Positions 39,630-50,805 are shown, counted from the stretch's first letter. The stretch: 64,000 nt of DNA from Planctomycetota bacterium (GCA_026184295.1 JAHCJK010000006.1:4891-68890); one strand, 5' to 3'. Notes: a model not told the origin generated them from the letters alone. Program-made: numbers and translations.

Positions 39630-40838
39630 GTGATGTTCAAGCGTCTGGCTTTGGTGGGTTGCGTATGCCTGTTGGGATGCGCCCTGTACGGACGGAACGC
39701 CCGCGCCGCGGAAATCCTCGACAACGCCAAGCTGCGCGACCTCCTCAAGGCCAAGATTTCGCTCGGCGTCATCGAGGAGATGATCAAGGCCTCCAACACC
39801 GACTTCCGCTGCGACACGAAAGAGGTCGTGGAGATTTCCAAGGCCGCCACCGAAGGCGGGATGCCGCAGAGCGACATCGACAAACTGCTCAAGATTCTGA
39901 TCGCCGAATCGAACCGGAGCCAGACGCGCCTGCGCGACCTGGTCTCGCGCTTCATGAATATGTGCGTGAACGGCAACGAGCAGGAATACGCGGCGATGAT
40001 GCGCACGCTGCTGCGCGAAGGCCCCGCGGCGGTCCCGTATCTCCTGGAAAAGATCGAGCAGGAGAACGAGCGCATGCGCGTCGGCCTGCTCGACGCCCTG
40101 GGCCAGATCGGCGACAAGTCCGACCGCGTGGTCCAGTCGGTCAAGCTGATGGTCAACGACCGCGAAAAGTCCGTGCGCGCGCAGGCGGCCAAGGCCGTCG
40201 CGCTGCTCGCCGGGCCCAAGACCTGCGCGGAACTGATCGAGGACCTGAACCCCAAGAAGCACGAGCACCTGGACGGCTACGCCCTGGCGCTCGGGCATCT
40301 GGGCGACAAGAACGCCGTGGTGCCGCTGGTCACGCTGCTCAAGGACACCACCGACGAAGACACGGCCGTCTGCGCCGCCTTTTCCCTCGGGCTGCTGCGC
40401 GCCAACGACGAACGCACCGTCGGCGCGCTGCTGGACAGCATCCTGAGCGACCGCTGGGAGATGCTGCGCTACACCAGCGCCAAGTCCCTGGCGCTCGTGG
40501 GCGAACCGCGCACGGTCAGCTACGTAATCCGCGCCTTCCAGCGCTACCGCGAAGGGCGCGCGCACCTGGTCTCGACGCTCTCCAAGTTCAAGTACTTCGA
40601 AGCGATCGAGTTTCTGGTCAACTGCACCAACGACGACAACAACAACGTCCGCAAGTCGGCCATGGAGACCCTCCAGGTCGTCACCGGCGAACGCTACGAC
40701 AACTACGACGACTGGTATTCCTGGTGGAACATCAACAAGGTCCGCCCCGACTGGGAACGCATCGGCAAGGACGCCAAGGCGGGCATGAACCCGAAGGCCG
40801 CCGAGACCCTGGTCCAGCAGCCCGACACGGCCAAGTAA
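39630..40838 (+). CDS. Secreted HEAT-repeat protein
   Basis: gaggaggtccctgtg precedes ATGATG. Signal peptide MMFKRLALVGCVCLLGCALYG. Repeated ...R..A..ALG.IGD..AV..L..LL.D units typical of PBS-lyase-type HEAT repeats. Confidence 0.7.
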   Translation: MMFKRLALVGCVCLLGCALYGRNARAAEILDNAKLRDLLKAKISLGVIEEMIKASNTDFRCDTKEVVEISKAATEGGMPQSDIDKLLKILIAESNRSQTRLRDLVSRFMNMCVNGNEQEYAAMMRTLLREGPAAVPYLLEKIEQENERMRVGLLDALGQIGDKSDRVVQSVKLMVNDREKSVRAQAAKAVALLAGPKTCAELIEDLNPKKHEHLDGYALALGHLGDKNAVVPLVTLLKDTTDEDTAVCAAFSLGLLRANDERTVGALLDSILSDRWEMLRYTSAKSLALVGEPRTVSYVIRAFQRYREGRAHLVSTLSKFKYFEAIEFLVNCTNDDNNNVRKSAMETLQVVTGERYDNYDDWYSWWNINKVRPDWERIGKDAKAGMNPKAAETLVQQPDTAK

Positions 40839-40875
40839 CCCGCGGCCCGGCGCGCGCCGGCCTCCTCGAATCCGC

Positions 40876-41586
<711 letters not shown>

Positions 41587-41619
41587 GGCACGGCCGCGCG
41601 GGCCGCGCCGAGCGACAAC

Positions 41620-42582
41620 CTACTTGGCTTCGTCTTCGACCTTGCCGCCGGTCTTCGCGGGATCTTGAGACTTCTCTTCGGTCTTGCCGCCCAGGCCGGG
41701 GATGCCGCCGACGGTATTGTCCTTCTTCTTCTTGTCTTCGTCGGCCTGCTTGGCCTCGTCTTCCTTCACGTACTTCTCGACGATCTTGGCGTTGGCGTCG
41801 CTGGCGCGCTGGCAGGCCTCGAGAAAGCTCTTCACCGTCGGGATGCCGCCCGCGCGGTCCCAGGCGTTCAGCGGCGCGCCTTCGCAGGTGAGCAGGAAGA
41901 CGACGCCGGCGGTCTTGGCGCGCTGCATCATGTCCTTGGGCCACAGCGTGGAGGTGCTGTCGAGCTTGATGCAGGTGAAGCCCGCGAGGGTCTTCTCGAC
42001 GTTGGGATCCATGAAGAGCGAGTTGTTGAAGAAGTTCAGCACCTGGTCGTCGCTCTTGGCCAGCTTGTCGTAGACGAACAGGACCACGGGCTTGCGCGCG
42101 GCTTTGCAGCCGAAGGCGTTCTTCTGGGTCCAGTCGATGCCGCCGGAGGCCGCGGCCCCGCCCATCCCGCCGCCGCCCATGGCTCCGCCGCCCGCGTTGC
42201 CTCCGTTGCCACCCGCGTTGCCGCCGGCCGGCCCGGCCGCGGGACCGCCGGCCTTGCGCGAGATCAGAATCCCTTCGCCGTCCGCGAAGGCCTTGGCGTT
42301 CATCGAAGCGGCCACGGCGTCGCACGCGGCGATAAAGTTGAGGCCTTCGATCTTGATCTTGGGGACGACCACCGCGTTCAGGTCGGCATCGGCGGTCACT
42401 TTGAGCACGTTGAACGAATTCAGGGTCTTGACCAAGTCCCCGCCCTTGGCGTTGATGAAGCCCAAATTCCAGTTGGAACCTGAGGCCTTCTCCTGAGCGG
42501 CGGGCGGCAGCTTGCCTTCCAGCGCGGCGGCCGAAGCGGCGAGCAGGCCCACGAAGGCGGCGAGCAGGCAGAGCGTACGCAT
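41620..42582 (-). CDS. Secreted protein with Gly/Asn/Ala low-complexity linker and possible thioredoxin-like C-terminal domain, function unknown
   Basis: Start trimmed to MRTLCLLAAFVGLLAASAAA (ATG at 42582, aggagg RBS). GGNAGGNGGNAGGGAMGGGGMGG linker and K/E/D-rich tail. Confidence 0.55.
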   Translation of the reverse strand: MRTLCLLAAFVGLLAASAAALEGKLPPAAQEKASGSNWNLGFINAKGGDLVKTLNSFNVLKVTADADLNAVVVPKIKIEGLNFIAACDAVAASMNAKAFADGEGILISRKAGGPAAGPAGGNAGGNGGNAGGGAMGGGGMGGAAASGGIDWTQKNAFGCKAARKPVVLFVYDKLAKSDDQVLNFFNNSLFMDPNVEKTLAGFTCIKLDSTSTLWPKDMMQRAKTAGVVFLLTCEGAPLNAWDRAGGIPTVKSFLEACQRASDANAKIVEKYVKEDEAKQADEDKKKKDNTVGGIPGLGGKTEEKSQDPAKTGGKVEDEAK

Positions 42583-42922
42583 GGCGGATCCTCCTAATAC
42601 AATCACGGCGTAGACGATGGACGGATAGGGTTCTTCAGGCGCTGCCGATATTACCAAGTGCAGGGCAGGAACAAGGGGTCAGACCGGAATAGCACAAGGT
42701 GCAACGAGTATTTTTCGGGCGATAACCGCTGGCTTGAAAACGGGGGCTTCCCGTGGTATGACCTTTGCGGGTCTTCCGATGGGAAGACCTTTTATGTTTT
42801 TAGACGGCAGACCCGGCAGGAGAAGCGCAGAACGCTAGGCAGGCATCCCGTGGTTCCGTGATTTCGGCTTCGCCGCAACACGCACTGGCCGCACCCCTCT
42901 CGTTCGACCGCAACCCAACACC

Positions 42923-44761
42923 ATGGCGCACGACCAGAGCAAACACCGCAACATTGCCATCATCGCGCACGTCGACCATGGCAAAACGACCCTCGTCGAT
43001 CACCTTCTGCGCCAGGCCGGGACCTTCCGCGCCAACCAGGAAGTGACCGAATGCGTGATGGACAGCAACGACCTGGAGCGCGAACGCGGCATCACCATCC
43101 TGGCCAAGAACTGCGCGGTGAACTACCAGGGCACCAAGATCAACATCATCGACACGCCGGGCCACAGCGACTTCGGCGGCGAAGTGGAACGCGTGCTGAA
43201 GATGGCCGACGGCGCGATCCTGCTCGTCGACGCGGCCGAAGGCGTGCTTCCGCAGACCAAGTTCGTGCTGCGCAAGGCGTTCATGCACGGGCTGCGCCCG
43301 ATCGTGGTGGTGAACAAGATCGACCGCCCCGACGCGCGCCCGCATGAAGTGCTCGACCAGGTCTTCGACCTCTTCGTCGAACTCGGCGCCAGCAACGAAC
43401 AGCTCGCGTTCCCGCACCTCTTCGCCGCGGGCCGCCTGGGCTACGCCAAGAAGGAACTCGAGGACGACAGCAAGGACCTGCGCCCGCTCTTCGAGGTGAT
43501 CCTGGCGCACGTCCCGCCGCCGCCCGGCGACGCGGACGCGCCGCTCAAGATTCAGATCAGCAACCTCGACTACAACGATTTCGTCGGGCGCATCGCGATC
43601 GGGCGCATCTTCCAGGGCGCCATCCGCCAGGGGCAGACGTACACCTGCATCGCGCAGGACGGCAAGCGCCGCAACGAGAAGGTGATCAAGCTCGAAGTCT
43701 TCGAAGGGCTGGCGCGGCGCGAAGTGACCGAGGCGGGCACGGGCGAGATCGTGGCGCTGTCGGGCTTCGAGGACATCTTCATCGGCGACACGCTGGTGGA
43801 AGGCGAAAACGCCGAGCCGCTGCCGCCGGTGCCGATCGACGAGCCGACGCTGAGCATGCTCTTCGTCGTCAACAACAGCCCGTTCTGCGGGCGCGAAGGC
43901 AAGTACGTCACCAGCCGCCAGCTCAAGGACCGCCTCGACCGCGAGCGCCTGAAGAACGTGGCCATGCGCATCGAAGCGCTGCCCGAGCCGGACAAGTTCA
44001 TGGTCTTCGGGCGCGGCCTGCTGCACCTGGGCGTGCTGATCGAGACCATGCGCCGCGAAGGCTACGAACTGCAGATCGGCAAGCCGCACGTGATCACCAA
44101 GGAAGTGGACGGCGTGCTGAACGAGCCGTTCGAGTCCGTGATCGTGGACGTGCCCGAAGATTACATGGGCAAGGTGATCGAACTGCTCGGCTACCGCCGC
44201 TGCGTGATGGAGCACATGACCCAGCACGCGGGCCATTCGCACCTGGAATTCACCGGGCCCAGCCGCGGCCTGATCGGGCTGCGCAACAAGCTGCTCACCG
44301 CCACCAAGGGCGAGGCCGTGCTGCACCACTCGTTCCTGGAGTTCCGGCCCTGGGCGGGCGAACTGCCCAGCCGCACCAACGCCGTTCAGGTGGCCAGCGA
44401 GTCCGGCCGCGTGACGGCCTACGCGCTCCTGAACCTGCAGGACCGCGGCGAGTTCTTCGTCGAGCCGGGCGACGAGGTCTACGAAGGGCAGATGGTCGGC
44501 GACCTGGGCAAGGACAAGGACATCGCCGTCAACGTCTGCAAGGAAAAGCACCTCACCAACATCCGCGCGGCCAGCAAGGACGCGACGGTGAAGCTGAAGG
44601 CCAAGATCCTCTTCACGCTGGAAGAGGCGCTGGAGTACATCGAAGAGGACGAACTCGTCGAGGCGACGCCGACGTCCATCCGCATGCGCAAGAAGCAGCT
44701 CAAGGAACGCGACCGCATCAAGGGCCTGCGCGAGAAGCAGGCGCTCGAAGAAGCGCGCTGA
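42923..44761 (+). CDS. typA: Translational GTPase TypA/BipA
   Basis: 612 aa. G1 [13 protein letters not shown]2 RGITI, G3 DTPGHSDF, G4 NKIDR. Domain order and length typical of BipA. Confidence 0.95.
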   Translation: MAHDQSKHRNIAIIAHVDHGKTTLVDHLLRQAGTFRANQEVTECVMDSNDLERERGITILAKNCAVNYQGTKINIIDTPGHSDFGGEVERVLKMADGAILLVDAAEGVLPQTKFVLRKAFMHGLRPIVVVNKIDRPDARPHEVLDQVFDLFVELGASNEQLAFPHLFAAGRLGYAKKELEDDSKDLRPLFEVILAHVPPPPGDADAPLKIQISNLDYNDFVGRIAIGRIFQGAIRQGQTYTCIAQDGKRRNEKVIKLEVFEGLARREVTEAGTGEIVALSGFEDIFIGDTLVEGENAEPLPPVPIDEPTLSMLFVVNNSPFCGREGKYVTSRQLKDRLDRERLKNVAMRIEALPEPDKFMVFGRGLLHLGVLIETMRREGYELQIGKPHVITKEVDGVLNEPFESVIVDVPEDYMGKVIELLGYRRCVMEHMTQHAGHSHLEFTGPSRGLIGLRNKLLTATKGEAVLHHSFLEFRPWAGELPSRTNAVQVASESGRVTAYALLNLQDRGEFFVEPGDEVYEGQMVGDLGKDKDIAVNVCKEKHLTNIRAASKDATVKLKAKILFTLEEALEYIEEDELVEATPTSIRMRKKQLKERDRIKGLREKQALEEAR

Positions 44762-44764
44762 CGC

Positions 44765-47341
44765 TCAGGGCACGTTCCGGCGGAGCGCCGCGGCGGCCGC
44801 CGGCGGCACGAAGGCGTCCAGCGGCAGCGGCTCGAACTCCGTTTTTCCCGGCGGCTTCCACTGCAACTCGATGCCCGAAGCCCAGCTCCGGTCGATCAGC
44901 GTGAATTCCACGGGGTAGAGCCCGCCCTTCTGCAGCGGAATCGGCTTGCTCTCCACGCCCTTCTCGGTGCCCTTCGCCACCAGCGTCCTGGCCAGCTTCA
45001 TCTCGCCGGCGTTGTTGGCACTGAACCTGAAGACGTAGACCCCGCTCGTCTCGATCTTCAGGAAGCCGGTCCACTTGGCGTTCCACCCGTTTTCGGGAAT
45101 CTGGGGATCGGGCGAGCCCGACGTGCCGAAATAGTGGTTGAGCGCCGCTTCCATGCGCCGCACCGTGGCGCGCCCGGCGGCATATTCGGCCAGCAGGCCG
45201 TGATCGATCTTGCCGTAGTCCTTCTGGCCCGCCTTGCGCGCCCGGGGCTGTTCGGCGCGCACCCAGGTCTCGGGCATCGGCGCCGACTTCCAGCGGAACG
45301 AGAGGCGCGCGACCCAGTCGTAATCCTGGAACTCCAGCTTCACGAAGTAATGCTTGCCGCCGGTCAAATGCAGCGTGGGCGCTTCCTTGATCTCGCCGTT
45401 CGCGCAGAGTTTGTCGAAGAGCACCACGTCGTCGATGCTCAGGCGCGCGCCCGCGTCGGCATCGACGAGAAACGTGTAGTCGCAGTCGGCCGGCGGAGTC
45501 ACCCAGCCGGTCCAGCGCCCGCAGAATTTGTCGTTCTTGATGCCGGGCGCGGGCGAGGCGTGCAGCCAGTCGGCGCCCGCGCGGTCTTCGATGCGCGTGA
45601 CGGCCGGCTTCTCGTCGCCCATGTTCCAGTACTCGGCCAGAAATCCGATCGGCGGCAGTTCGCCCGTGGGCGCGGCGTCGGGCAGCGCGGCGCGCACGAG
45701 GACTTCCGCTTCGCCGCCGAAGGACCAGTACAGGCGGCAGAAGGCGACCCAGTCGAATTCCACCATTTCGACGCGCACGAGGTACGTCTTGCACTCTTCC
45801 AGGGGCACGGGATTGGAACGGACGCGCTGCTTGGTTCCGCCCGTGGTGTCGAGGATCGCCAGGTCGTTGACGCAGACCCGCGCGCCCGCGTCGGCGTCGA
45901 GTGTGAAGACGTACTCGCCGGACTTCGGCGCGGTCACCAGCCCGCTCCAGGTGGCCCAGAACTGGTCGTGGGGCGCCTCGGGGCTGGGCGGCCCGTTGCC
46001 GAAGTCGGCGTTGACCGCGATCTCGTTGCGCGTGCCCAGGATTTCCTCGGAACCGAGCTTCCCGCAGGCGAATTTCCAGCCGCCCTTCCAGTCGGCGCGC
46101 GGCGGGGCCTGTTCGGCGGTCTCGGGCAGCATCCCTTCCAGCGGCGCGGCCGGCCCGGAACCCGCGCGCCAGCGGACCTCGAAGACGAAGGGCACGGACT
46201 TGTCGGTGTAGCAGGCCTGAAACCGGTACTTCTTCCCGACCTCAAGGTCGATCGGCAGCGACTCGCGGTCTTTCTCGTGGCCGTACAGCGTGGAGAAGAT
46301 CTCGATGCCGTTCATCCGCAGCGTGATGGCGCCCCGGCCTTCCACCACGAACGTGTACGTGCCCGAGGCCGGCGGGACCAGAAAGCCCTGGAAGCGGCAC
46401 GCGACGCCTTCCTTGCCGCTCACGCCCGGCACCCCCTGCGCGGGCCAGGCCAGGCGCGCCGCCGGTTCCACCGAAGCGCGCGCGGGCGCTCCGGCGAAGG
46501 ACTGCCCGTTGAAGAGTTCGCACGCGAACCCGCTGCCCGGCCGGGGCGGCGCGATCGCGGCCTCCACCGGCGCCTTTGCCGGCGCTTCGGCCGGCGGAAC
46601 CGCCCGGGCCTCGCCGGCCGGCGGGTCCTGCGGGGTCTTCGCGGCGGCGGGGGCTTCACCGGGCGGCTTGAGTTCGTCGAGCATCACGCGCGCGCGCGCC
46701 GCCTGGAGCGAGCCGCCGAACTCGCGCAGAAAGTCTTCCAGCGCCGCGGCCTTGCCCGCACGGTCGTCGTCCTTCAGGCCCTCGAACCGCAGCACCTTCT
46801 CGAAGGCCTCGGCCGCGGGGTCCTTCGGGGCCGGCTCGGCGGAGTCCGGTTCGGGCTCGGGGACCGTGCGGACGGCCTCGCGGCGCGGCGCGGGCCGGGC
46901 GGGCGGTTCGGGCGCGCGCGTCGTGGCCGGCGCGGGCACCGGTTCGGCGGATTCGGCCGCGGGCGCATGTACCACGGGCTTTTCGCCGCCGCCGGCCAGC
47001 ATCAGCAGCGCGACCGCCGCGACGGCCAGGCCCGCGGCCAGCCCGATCAGCACGGCTTTCGTGTTCCGGGGTTCCGGCGCAAGGCGGGCCTCGCGCGTCT
47101 CGCGCGGGCTCGCGACGGGGATCGCGTGCGCGCTGGTGCTCCGCTTGCGCGGATGGGAAGCGGACGCCTCGTTCGCCTTGCGGCCGGGCAGATCGCCCAG
47201 CGCTTGCAGTTCCTTGGTCAGCACGCCTTTGGCGCACTGGCTGCAGTAGACGCCGTTGAGCTTCTTGTCGCGGGCCTTGCCCTCTTCGAGGTCCTTTTCG
47301 GTGATGCGTTTGCCGCAGGATTCGCAGAAGAAGAACTTCAT
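44765..47341 (-). CDS. Membrane-anchored protein with N-terminal zinc ribbon and four PA14 domains
   Basis: 858 aa. FCESCGKRI...YCSQCAK (CxxC...CxxC), one transmembrane segment (AVLIGLAAGLAVAAVALLMLA), a Pro/Ala-rich linker, then four units of the type F.G.L..P.SG.Y.F.(V/L)DADAGARL..(N/D)D..., i.e. PA14-like. Confidence 0.7.
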   Translation of the reverse strand: MKFFFCESCGKRITEKDLEEGKARDKKLNGVYCSQCAKGVLTKELQALGDLPGRKANEASASHPRKRSTSAHAIPVASPRETREARLAPEPRNTKAVLIGLAAGLAVAAVALLMLAGGGEKPVVHAPAAESAEPVPAPATTRAPEPPARPAPRREAVRTVPEPEPDSAEPAPKDPAAEAFEKVLRFEGLKDDDRAGKAAALEDFLREFGGSLQAARARVMLDELKPPGEAPAAAKTPQDPPAGEARAVPPAEAPAKAPVEAAIAPPRPGSGFACELFNGQSFAGAPARASVEPAARLAWPAQGVPGVSGKEGVACRFQGFLVPPASGTYTFVVEGRGAITLRMNGIEIFSTLYGHEKDRESLPIDLEVGKKYRFQACYTDKSVPFVFEVRWRAGSGPAAPLEGMLPETAEQAPPRADWKGGWKFACGKLGSEEILGTRNEIAVNADFGNGPPSPEAPHDQFWATWSGLVTAPKSGEYVFTLDADAGARVCVNDLAILDTTGGTKQRVRSNPVPLEECKTYLVRVEMVEFDWVAFCRLYWSFGGEAEVLVRAALPDAAPTGELPPIGFLAEYWNMGDEKPAVTRIEDRAGADWLHASPAPGIKNDKFCGRWTGWVTPPADCDYTFLVDADAGARLSIDDVVLFDKLCANGEIKEAPTLHLTGGKHYFVKLEFQDYDWVARLSFRWKSAPMPETWVRAEQPRARKAGQKDYGKIDHGLLAEYAAGRATVRRMEAALNHYFGTSGSPDPQIPENGWNAKWTGFLKIETSGVYVFRFSANNAGEMKLARTLVAKGTEKGVESKPIPLQKGGLYPVEFTLIDRSWASGIELQWKPPGKTEFEPLPLDAFVPPAAAAALRRNVP

Positions 47342-47480
47342 AACGGTTTCCGGGGCAGCGGGAAGATACGTGCCTGTATTTATATTCTCCAGGTGGGGCG
47401 TAATCGAGGTTTAGATTGCTGCAAGACGATCTTTTTCAGGCTTCTTGCACGAGTGCCCGGAAGGAATCCGGCGCGCAGCG

Positions 47481-48677
47481 CTATTTGAACAGGTCCTGCA
47501 CCTGCGCCTTGGCCCACGCGGTGCCCACGTAGCCCAGGTGCCCGCCGCGCGGCAGCAGGAGCAGTTGCCCCGGCTTCGCGGCCGACTTCAGTTCGTCGAG
47601 TTCCTTCGGATCGTTGAGCGGGTCGTCCACGGCCAGGAAGGCGCGCACGCCTTCGGGCATTTTGGGCAGGAGCTGGCGCAGGTCGCCCATCGCGGCCAGG
47701 TCGGCGGGCGATTTCAGCGCGCCCTGCTTCGTCCAATAGGGGACGACCAGTTCCTCGTAGTACCGCGAGAAGACCCGCCCGCCCAGCGGATCGGTGAACT
47801 TGCCCGCCGGCCCCATCCCGACGCTCTGCGGTTCCATCCGGCAGTCGTAGACCTCGCTCGCGCAGAGAATCGCTTCCTCCAGGTCCTCGCGGAAGACGTA
47901 CGCGATGCCCGCGCGCATCAGCGAGGCCTCGAAGGGCACGGGCGCGCCCTCGGGCGTGGGCTTCTGGCCTTTTAAGCGCGCGAGCTGCAGGAGCGCGAAC
48001 TGCGAACGGTCTTCGTCGAAGTAGCGGTCGAGCAGCGCCGCGGCCGTGCGCATGCTCACCGGCGACGAAAAGATGCGCGCGCGCTCGGGCTTGAGCTTCG
48101 TCTTGCCGTCCTGCGCCAGCCGCATGACGTTGAGCGCCAGCATTCCGCCGTAGCTCGCGCCGAGCAGCCCCACCTTGGTCACGCGCCCCTGCACGTCCGG
48201 GTGCGCGGCAAAGGCTTCGACCACCTGCGCGACCGCCAGGGCTTCGGCCTCGAGGTACCCCGGCAGGCCGTGGCGCGAGCGTTCGTTGAAGGACCGCCGG
48301 AAGACCGAGTCGAACGCGAGCACGTGAAAGCCGGCCTCGTAGGCCTGCTGCTGCCAGAGCCGCGCGAGCGGGTCTTTGCTCTGCGTGGCCAGCCCGAGCA
48401 GGATCACGGCCAGCGGCGCGGGCTTGTCCTGAAGCAGCGCGCGCACCGAGACCGACATCTTGAAGCCGGGCAGGTCCTTGAGCTTGATGACCTTCTCGCC
48501 CTTGATCTTGGGGGCCTCGAAGCTGTCCATCGCGGTGACGGTGGCGAAGAGCCCGTCGGCGACGGGGTATTCGAAGCCCGCCGGCGCGGGAACGCGTTCC
48601 GCCGCGCGGAGGCTGTGAAGGCTTGGAAAGAGTGCGAGCAGAACGGCGGCCGCCAGCGCGGCACGCGCGTGGGTCAT
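47481..48677 (-). CDS. Secreted alpha/beta hydrolase (paralog B)
   Basis: Real start is MTHARAALAAAVLLALFPSLHSLRA (ATG at 48677), forming an ATGA overlap with the stop of the upstream paralog. Nucleophile elbow LLGASYGG. The 798 aa track ORF is a read-through artefact. Confidence 0.75.
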   Translation of the reverse strand: MTHARAALAAAVLLALFPSLHSLRAAERVPAPAGFEYPVADGLFATVTAMDSFEAPKIKGEKVIKLKDLPGFKMSVSVRALLQDKPAPLAVILLGLATQSKDPLARLWQQQAYEAGFHVLAFDSVFRRSFNERSRHGLPGYLEAEALAVAQVVEAFAAHPDVQGRVTKVGLLGASYGGMLALNVMRLAQDGKTKLKPERARIFSSPVSMRTAAALLDRYFDEDRSQFALLQLARLKGQKPTPEGAPVPFEASLMRAGIAYVFREDLEEAILCASEVYDCRMEPQSVGMGPAGKFTDPLGGRVFSRYYEELVVPYWTKQGALKSPADLAAMGDLRQLLPKMPEGVRAFLAVDDPLNDPKELDELKSAAKPGQLLLLPRGGHLGYVGTAWAKAQVQDLFK

Positions 48678-49948
48678 TCGAAGATCTTCTGGATGCGCGC
48701 CTTGGCCCAGCGGGTGCCCAGGAAGCCCATGTGGCCGCCGTTGGGCAGCACCTTCAGGACGCCGGCGGGCGTGGCGCTTTGAAGCTGCGTGAGTTCGGAG
48801 GGATCGTTGAGCGGGTCGTCGGCGGCGATGACGACGTGAACGTTGTCGGCGCACTGCGGGAGGATCTGGCGGAGGTCGCCGGCGTCCCAGAGCTGGTCGA
48901 TGCTGTGGACGTTCCCGTTCTTGTGCCAGTACGGATACGTCATCTGCTCGATGAACTTGGTGAAGGTCCAGGTCTCGGCCCAGTCGCGGCGGTACTGGTC
49001 GTCGTTGGCCGATTCCTTGGGGAGCAGGCCCAGCTTGTAGAAGCTGTCGTTGTGGTTCACCACTTCCTTCAGGTCCAGGCGGAAGACGGCCGCGAGGCCC
49101 GCGCGCATCTCTTCGTCGCTGAAGGGAATCGGTTCGCCCGGCGCGACGGGCTTGTGCCCGGCCAGGTCGGAGTAGAGATCGCTGAGCTTGTAGTTCCAGC
49201 GGTCCTCGGCCCACCACTTGTCGAGGCGCGCGGCGGCGGTGCGCATGTTCACCGGCGGGGAGATGGCCAGCACCGAGGCGACCCGGAGCTGAACCTTGTG
49301 TTCCTTGGAGAGCTTGGCGATGTTGAGCGCCAGCGTCCCGCCGTAGCTCGCGCCGACCAGCCCGACCTTGGTGACCAGGCCCTTCGCCTGCGAACTGCGG
49401 GCGGCGGCCTCGACGATGTTCGCGCAGAGCGTGGCCTCGGCTTCCAGGTTGCCCGCGACGCCGTGGCGGCTGCGGTCGGAGAAGGCCGGCAGGAACGGCG
49501 AATCGAAGGTGATGACGTGGTACCCGGCGTTGTAAAGGTAGGACATGTACACGCGCGCCATCAGCGAACGGCTGCGCGAGCCCAGGCCCAGCAGCACGGC
49601 CACCAGCGGCGCGGGTTCGCGGTGGAAGGCCGCGCGGACTTCGATGTCCTTCTTGAAGCCGGGGATCTTGGAGACCTTGAGCTTGCCGTCGTCGAAATCC
49701 TTGGGATCTTCGAGGGCGTTCAGCGCCGTGATGGTGGCGTAGAGCCCGTTGCCGATCTGGTAATCGTACGGCGGCAGTTCGTCGTCGATCTTGACGGTGT
49801 TGCCGAGCTTGTTCTTTTCGTAGCTGACCGAGCTGAGTTCGCCTTTGGACTCGTCGCTGGCGCTGCTGCGCGCGCAAAAGACGAGCGCCAGCGCGAAGAA
49901 GGCCGCCGCGAGCAACGGCGAGCGGCGGAAGAGGGGCCGTGCGAACAT
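48674..49948 (-). CDS. Secreted alpha/beta hydrolase (paralog A)
   Basis: Start trimmed to MFARPLFRRSPLLAAAFFALALVFCA (ATG at 49948, aggag RBS). Alignable by eye with paralog B along its whole length (LVGASYGG; FDS.F...F..RSRHG..G.LEAEA; ...DDPLNDP.EL..L.S...G.L..LP.GGH.G..GT.WAKA..Q..F). Confidence 0.75.
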   Translation of the reverse strand: MFARPLFRRSPLLAAAFFALALVFCARSSASDESKGELSSVSYEKNKLGNTVKIDDELPPYDYQIGNGLYATITALNALEDPKDFDDGKLKVSKIPGFKKDIEVRAAFHREPAPLVAVLLGLGSRSRSLMARVYMSYLYNAGYHVITFDSPFLPAFSDRSRHGVAGNLEAEATLCANIVEAAARSSQAKGLVTKVGLVGASYGGTLALNIAKLSKEHKVQLRVASVLAISPPVNMRTAAARLDKWWAEDRWNYKLSDLYSDLAGHKPVAPGEPIPFSDEEMRAGLAAVFRLDLKEVVNHNDSFYKLGLLPKESANDDQYRRDWAETWTFTKFIEQMTYPYWHKNGNVHSIDQLWDAGDLRQILPQCADNVHVVIAADDPLNDPSELTQLQSATPAGVLKVLPNGGHMGFLGTRWAKARIQKIFE

Positions 49949-50115
49949 GGTTACTGCTCCTGGCATTGCTGCCGTGTATGCGTTCTTTGGGTGTTTGGCT
50001 GAGCCTTGAGTAAAGCTACCGGCTTCTCCGGCAAACCAATCATAGCGTCGAAGCCTTTTAATTAACATCCGTGGATGCTCCACACAACCAGAATTGTGGC
50101 CGTACCTTCGGAATT

Positions 50116-50805
50116 TCAACCCGTCTCGAGGACCTTCTTTTCAAAGGGGCATACCGACGCCAGCGGGCAGCCCGTGCAGCGCGGTTTGGGGGCCTTACAG
50201 TAGGCGCGCCCGTGTGCAATCATGCGGTGCCCGAACGCCACCCAATCTTCTTGGGGTATTAGGGGCATCAGGTCGTGCTCGACCTTAACGGGGTCCTTAT
50301 GGCGGGTGAGTCCGAGCCTAACCGAGAGCCGGCCGACGTGCGTATCGACGACCATCCCGGGAATCCCGAAGGCATTGCCGAGGACCACGTTCGCGGTCTT
50401 GCGCCCGACCCCGCGCAGGGCCGTCAGTGCTTCCAGGTTGTCGGGCACCTGCCCGCCGTGCTTGGCGACGATGTCGCGGCACGCCGACTGAATGGAGAGC
50501 GCCTTGTTGCGGTAGAAGCCCGTGGACTGGATCATTTTTTCCAGTTCGCGCAGGCTCGCCTGGGCCAAGGCCGCGGCGTCGGGATACTTCGCGAAGAGGG
50601 CGGGCGTGACCATGTTCACCCGGGCGTCGGTGCACTGCGCCGAAAGGATCGTCGCGACCAGCAACTGCAGCGGGCTCGCGTGCGTAAGCCAGCAGTGAGC
50701 GTCGGGATAGGCCCGTGCGAGCGCCTGGTTCACCCGGCGGCCCTGCTCGATGCGTTGCGGCGAGGGCGCGCGTTTGCGCGCGGCACGGTTCGGATTCGAG
50801 GGCAT
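50116..50805 (-). CDS. nth: Endonuclease III (DNA-(apurinic or apyrimidinic site) lyase)
   Basis: 229 aa. LLVATILSAQCTD, HhH-GPD motif LTALRGVGRKTANVVLGNAFG, catalytic VDTHV, and Fe-S motif CKAPKPRCTGCPLASVC. Confidence 0.95.
   Translation of the reverse strand: MPSNPNRAARKRAPSPQRIEQGRRVNQALARAYPDAHCWLTHASPLQLLVATILSAQCTDARVNMVTPALFAKYPDAAALAQASLRELEKMIQSTGFYRNKALSIQSACRDIVAKHGGQVPDNLEALTALRGVGRKTANVVLGNAFGIPGMVVDTHVGRLSVRLGLTRHKDPVKVEHDLMPLIPQEDWVAFGHRMIAHGRAYCKAPKPRCTGCPLASVCPFEKKVLETG

Noticed and set aside
42658-42922. Possible regulatory RNA in the 265 nt leader of typA
   Set aside because: I could not identify conserved riboswitch cores or convincing hairpin-plus-T-tract structures by eye. 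I leave it as unannotated intergenic DNA.
47481-49877. 798 aa ORF suggesting one large hydrolase fusion
   Set aside because: The N-terminal 400 aa are an out-of-frame, Arg/Pro-rich read through the upstream paralog. The real start is the ATG at 48677, which is followed by a signal peptide and overlaps the upstream stop. The same logic applies to the 564 aa ORF 27529..29223 (real GTG start at 28350).
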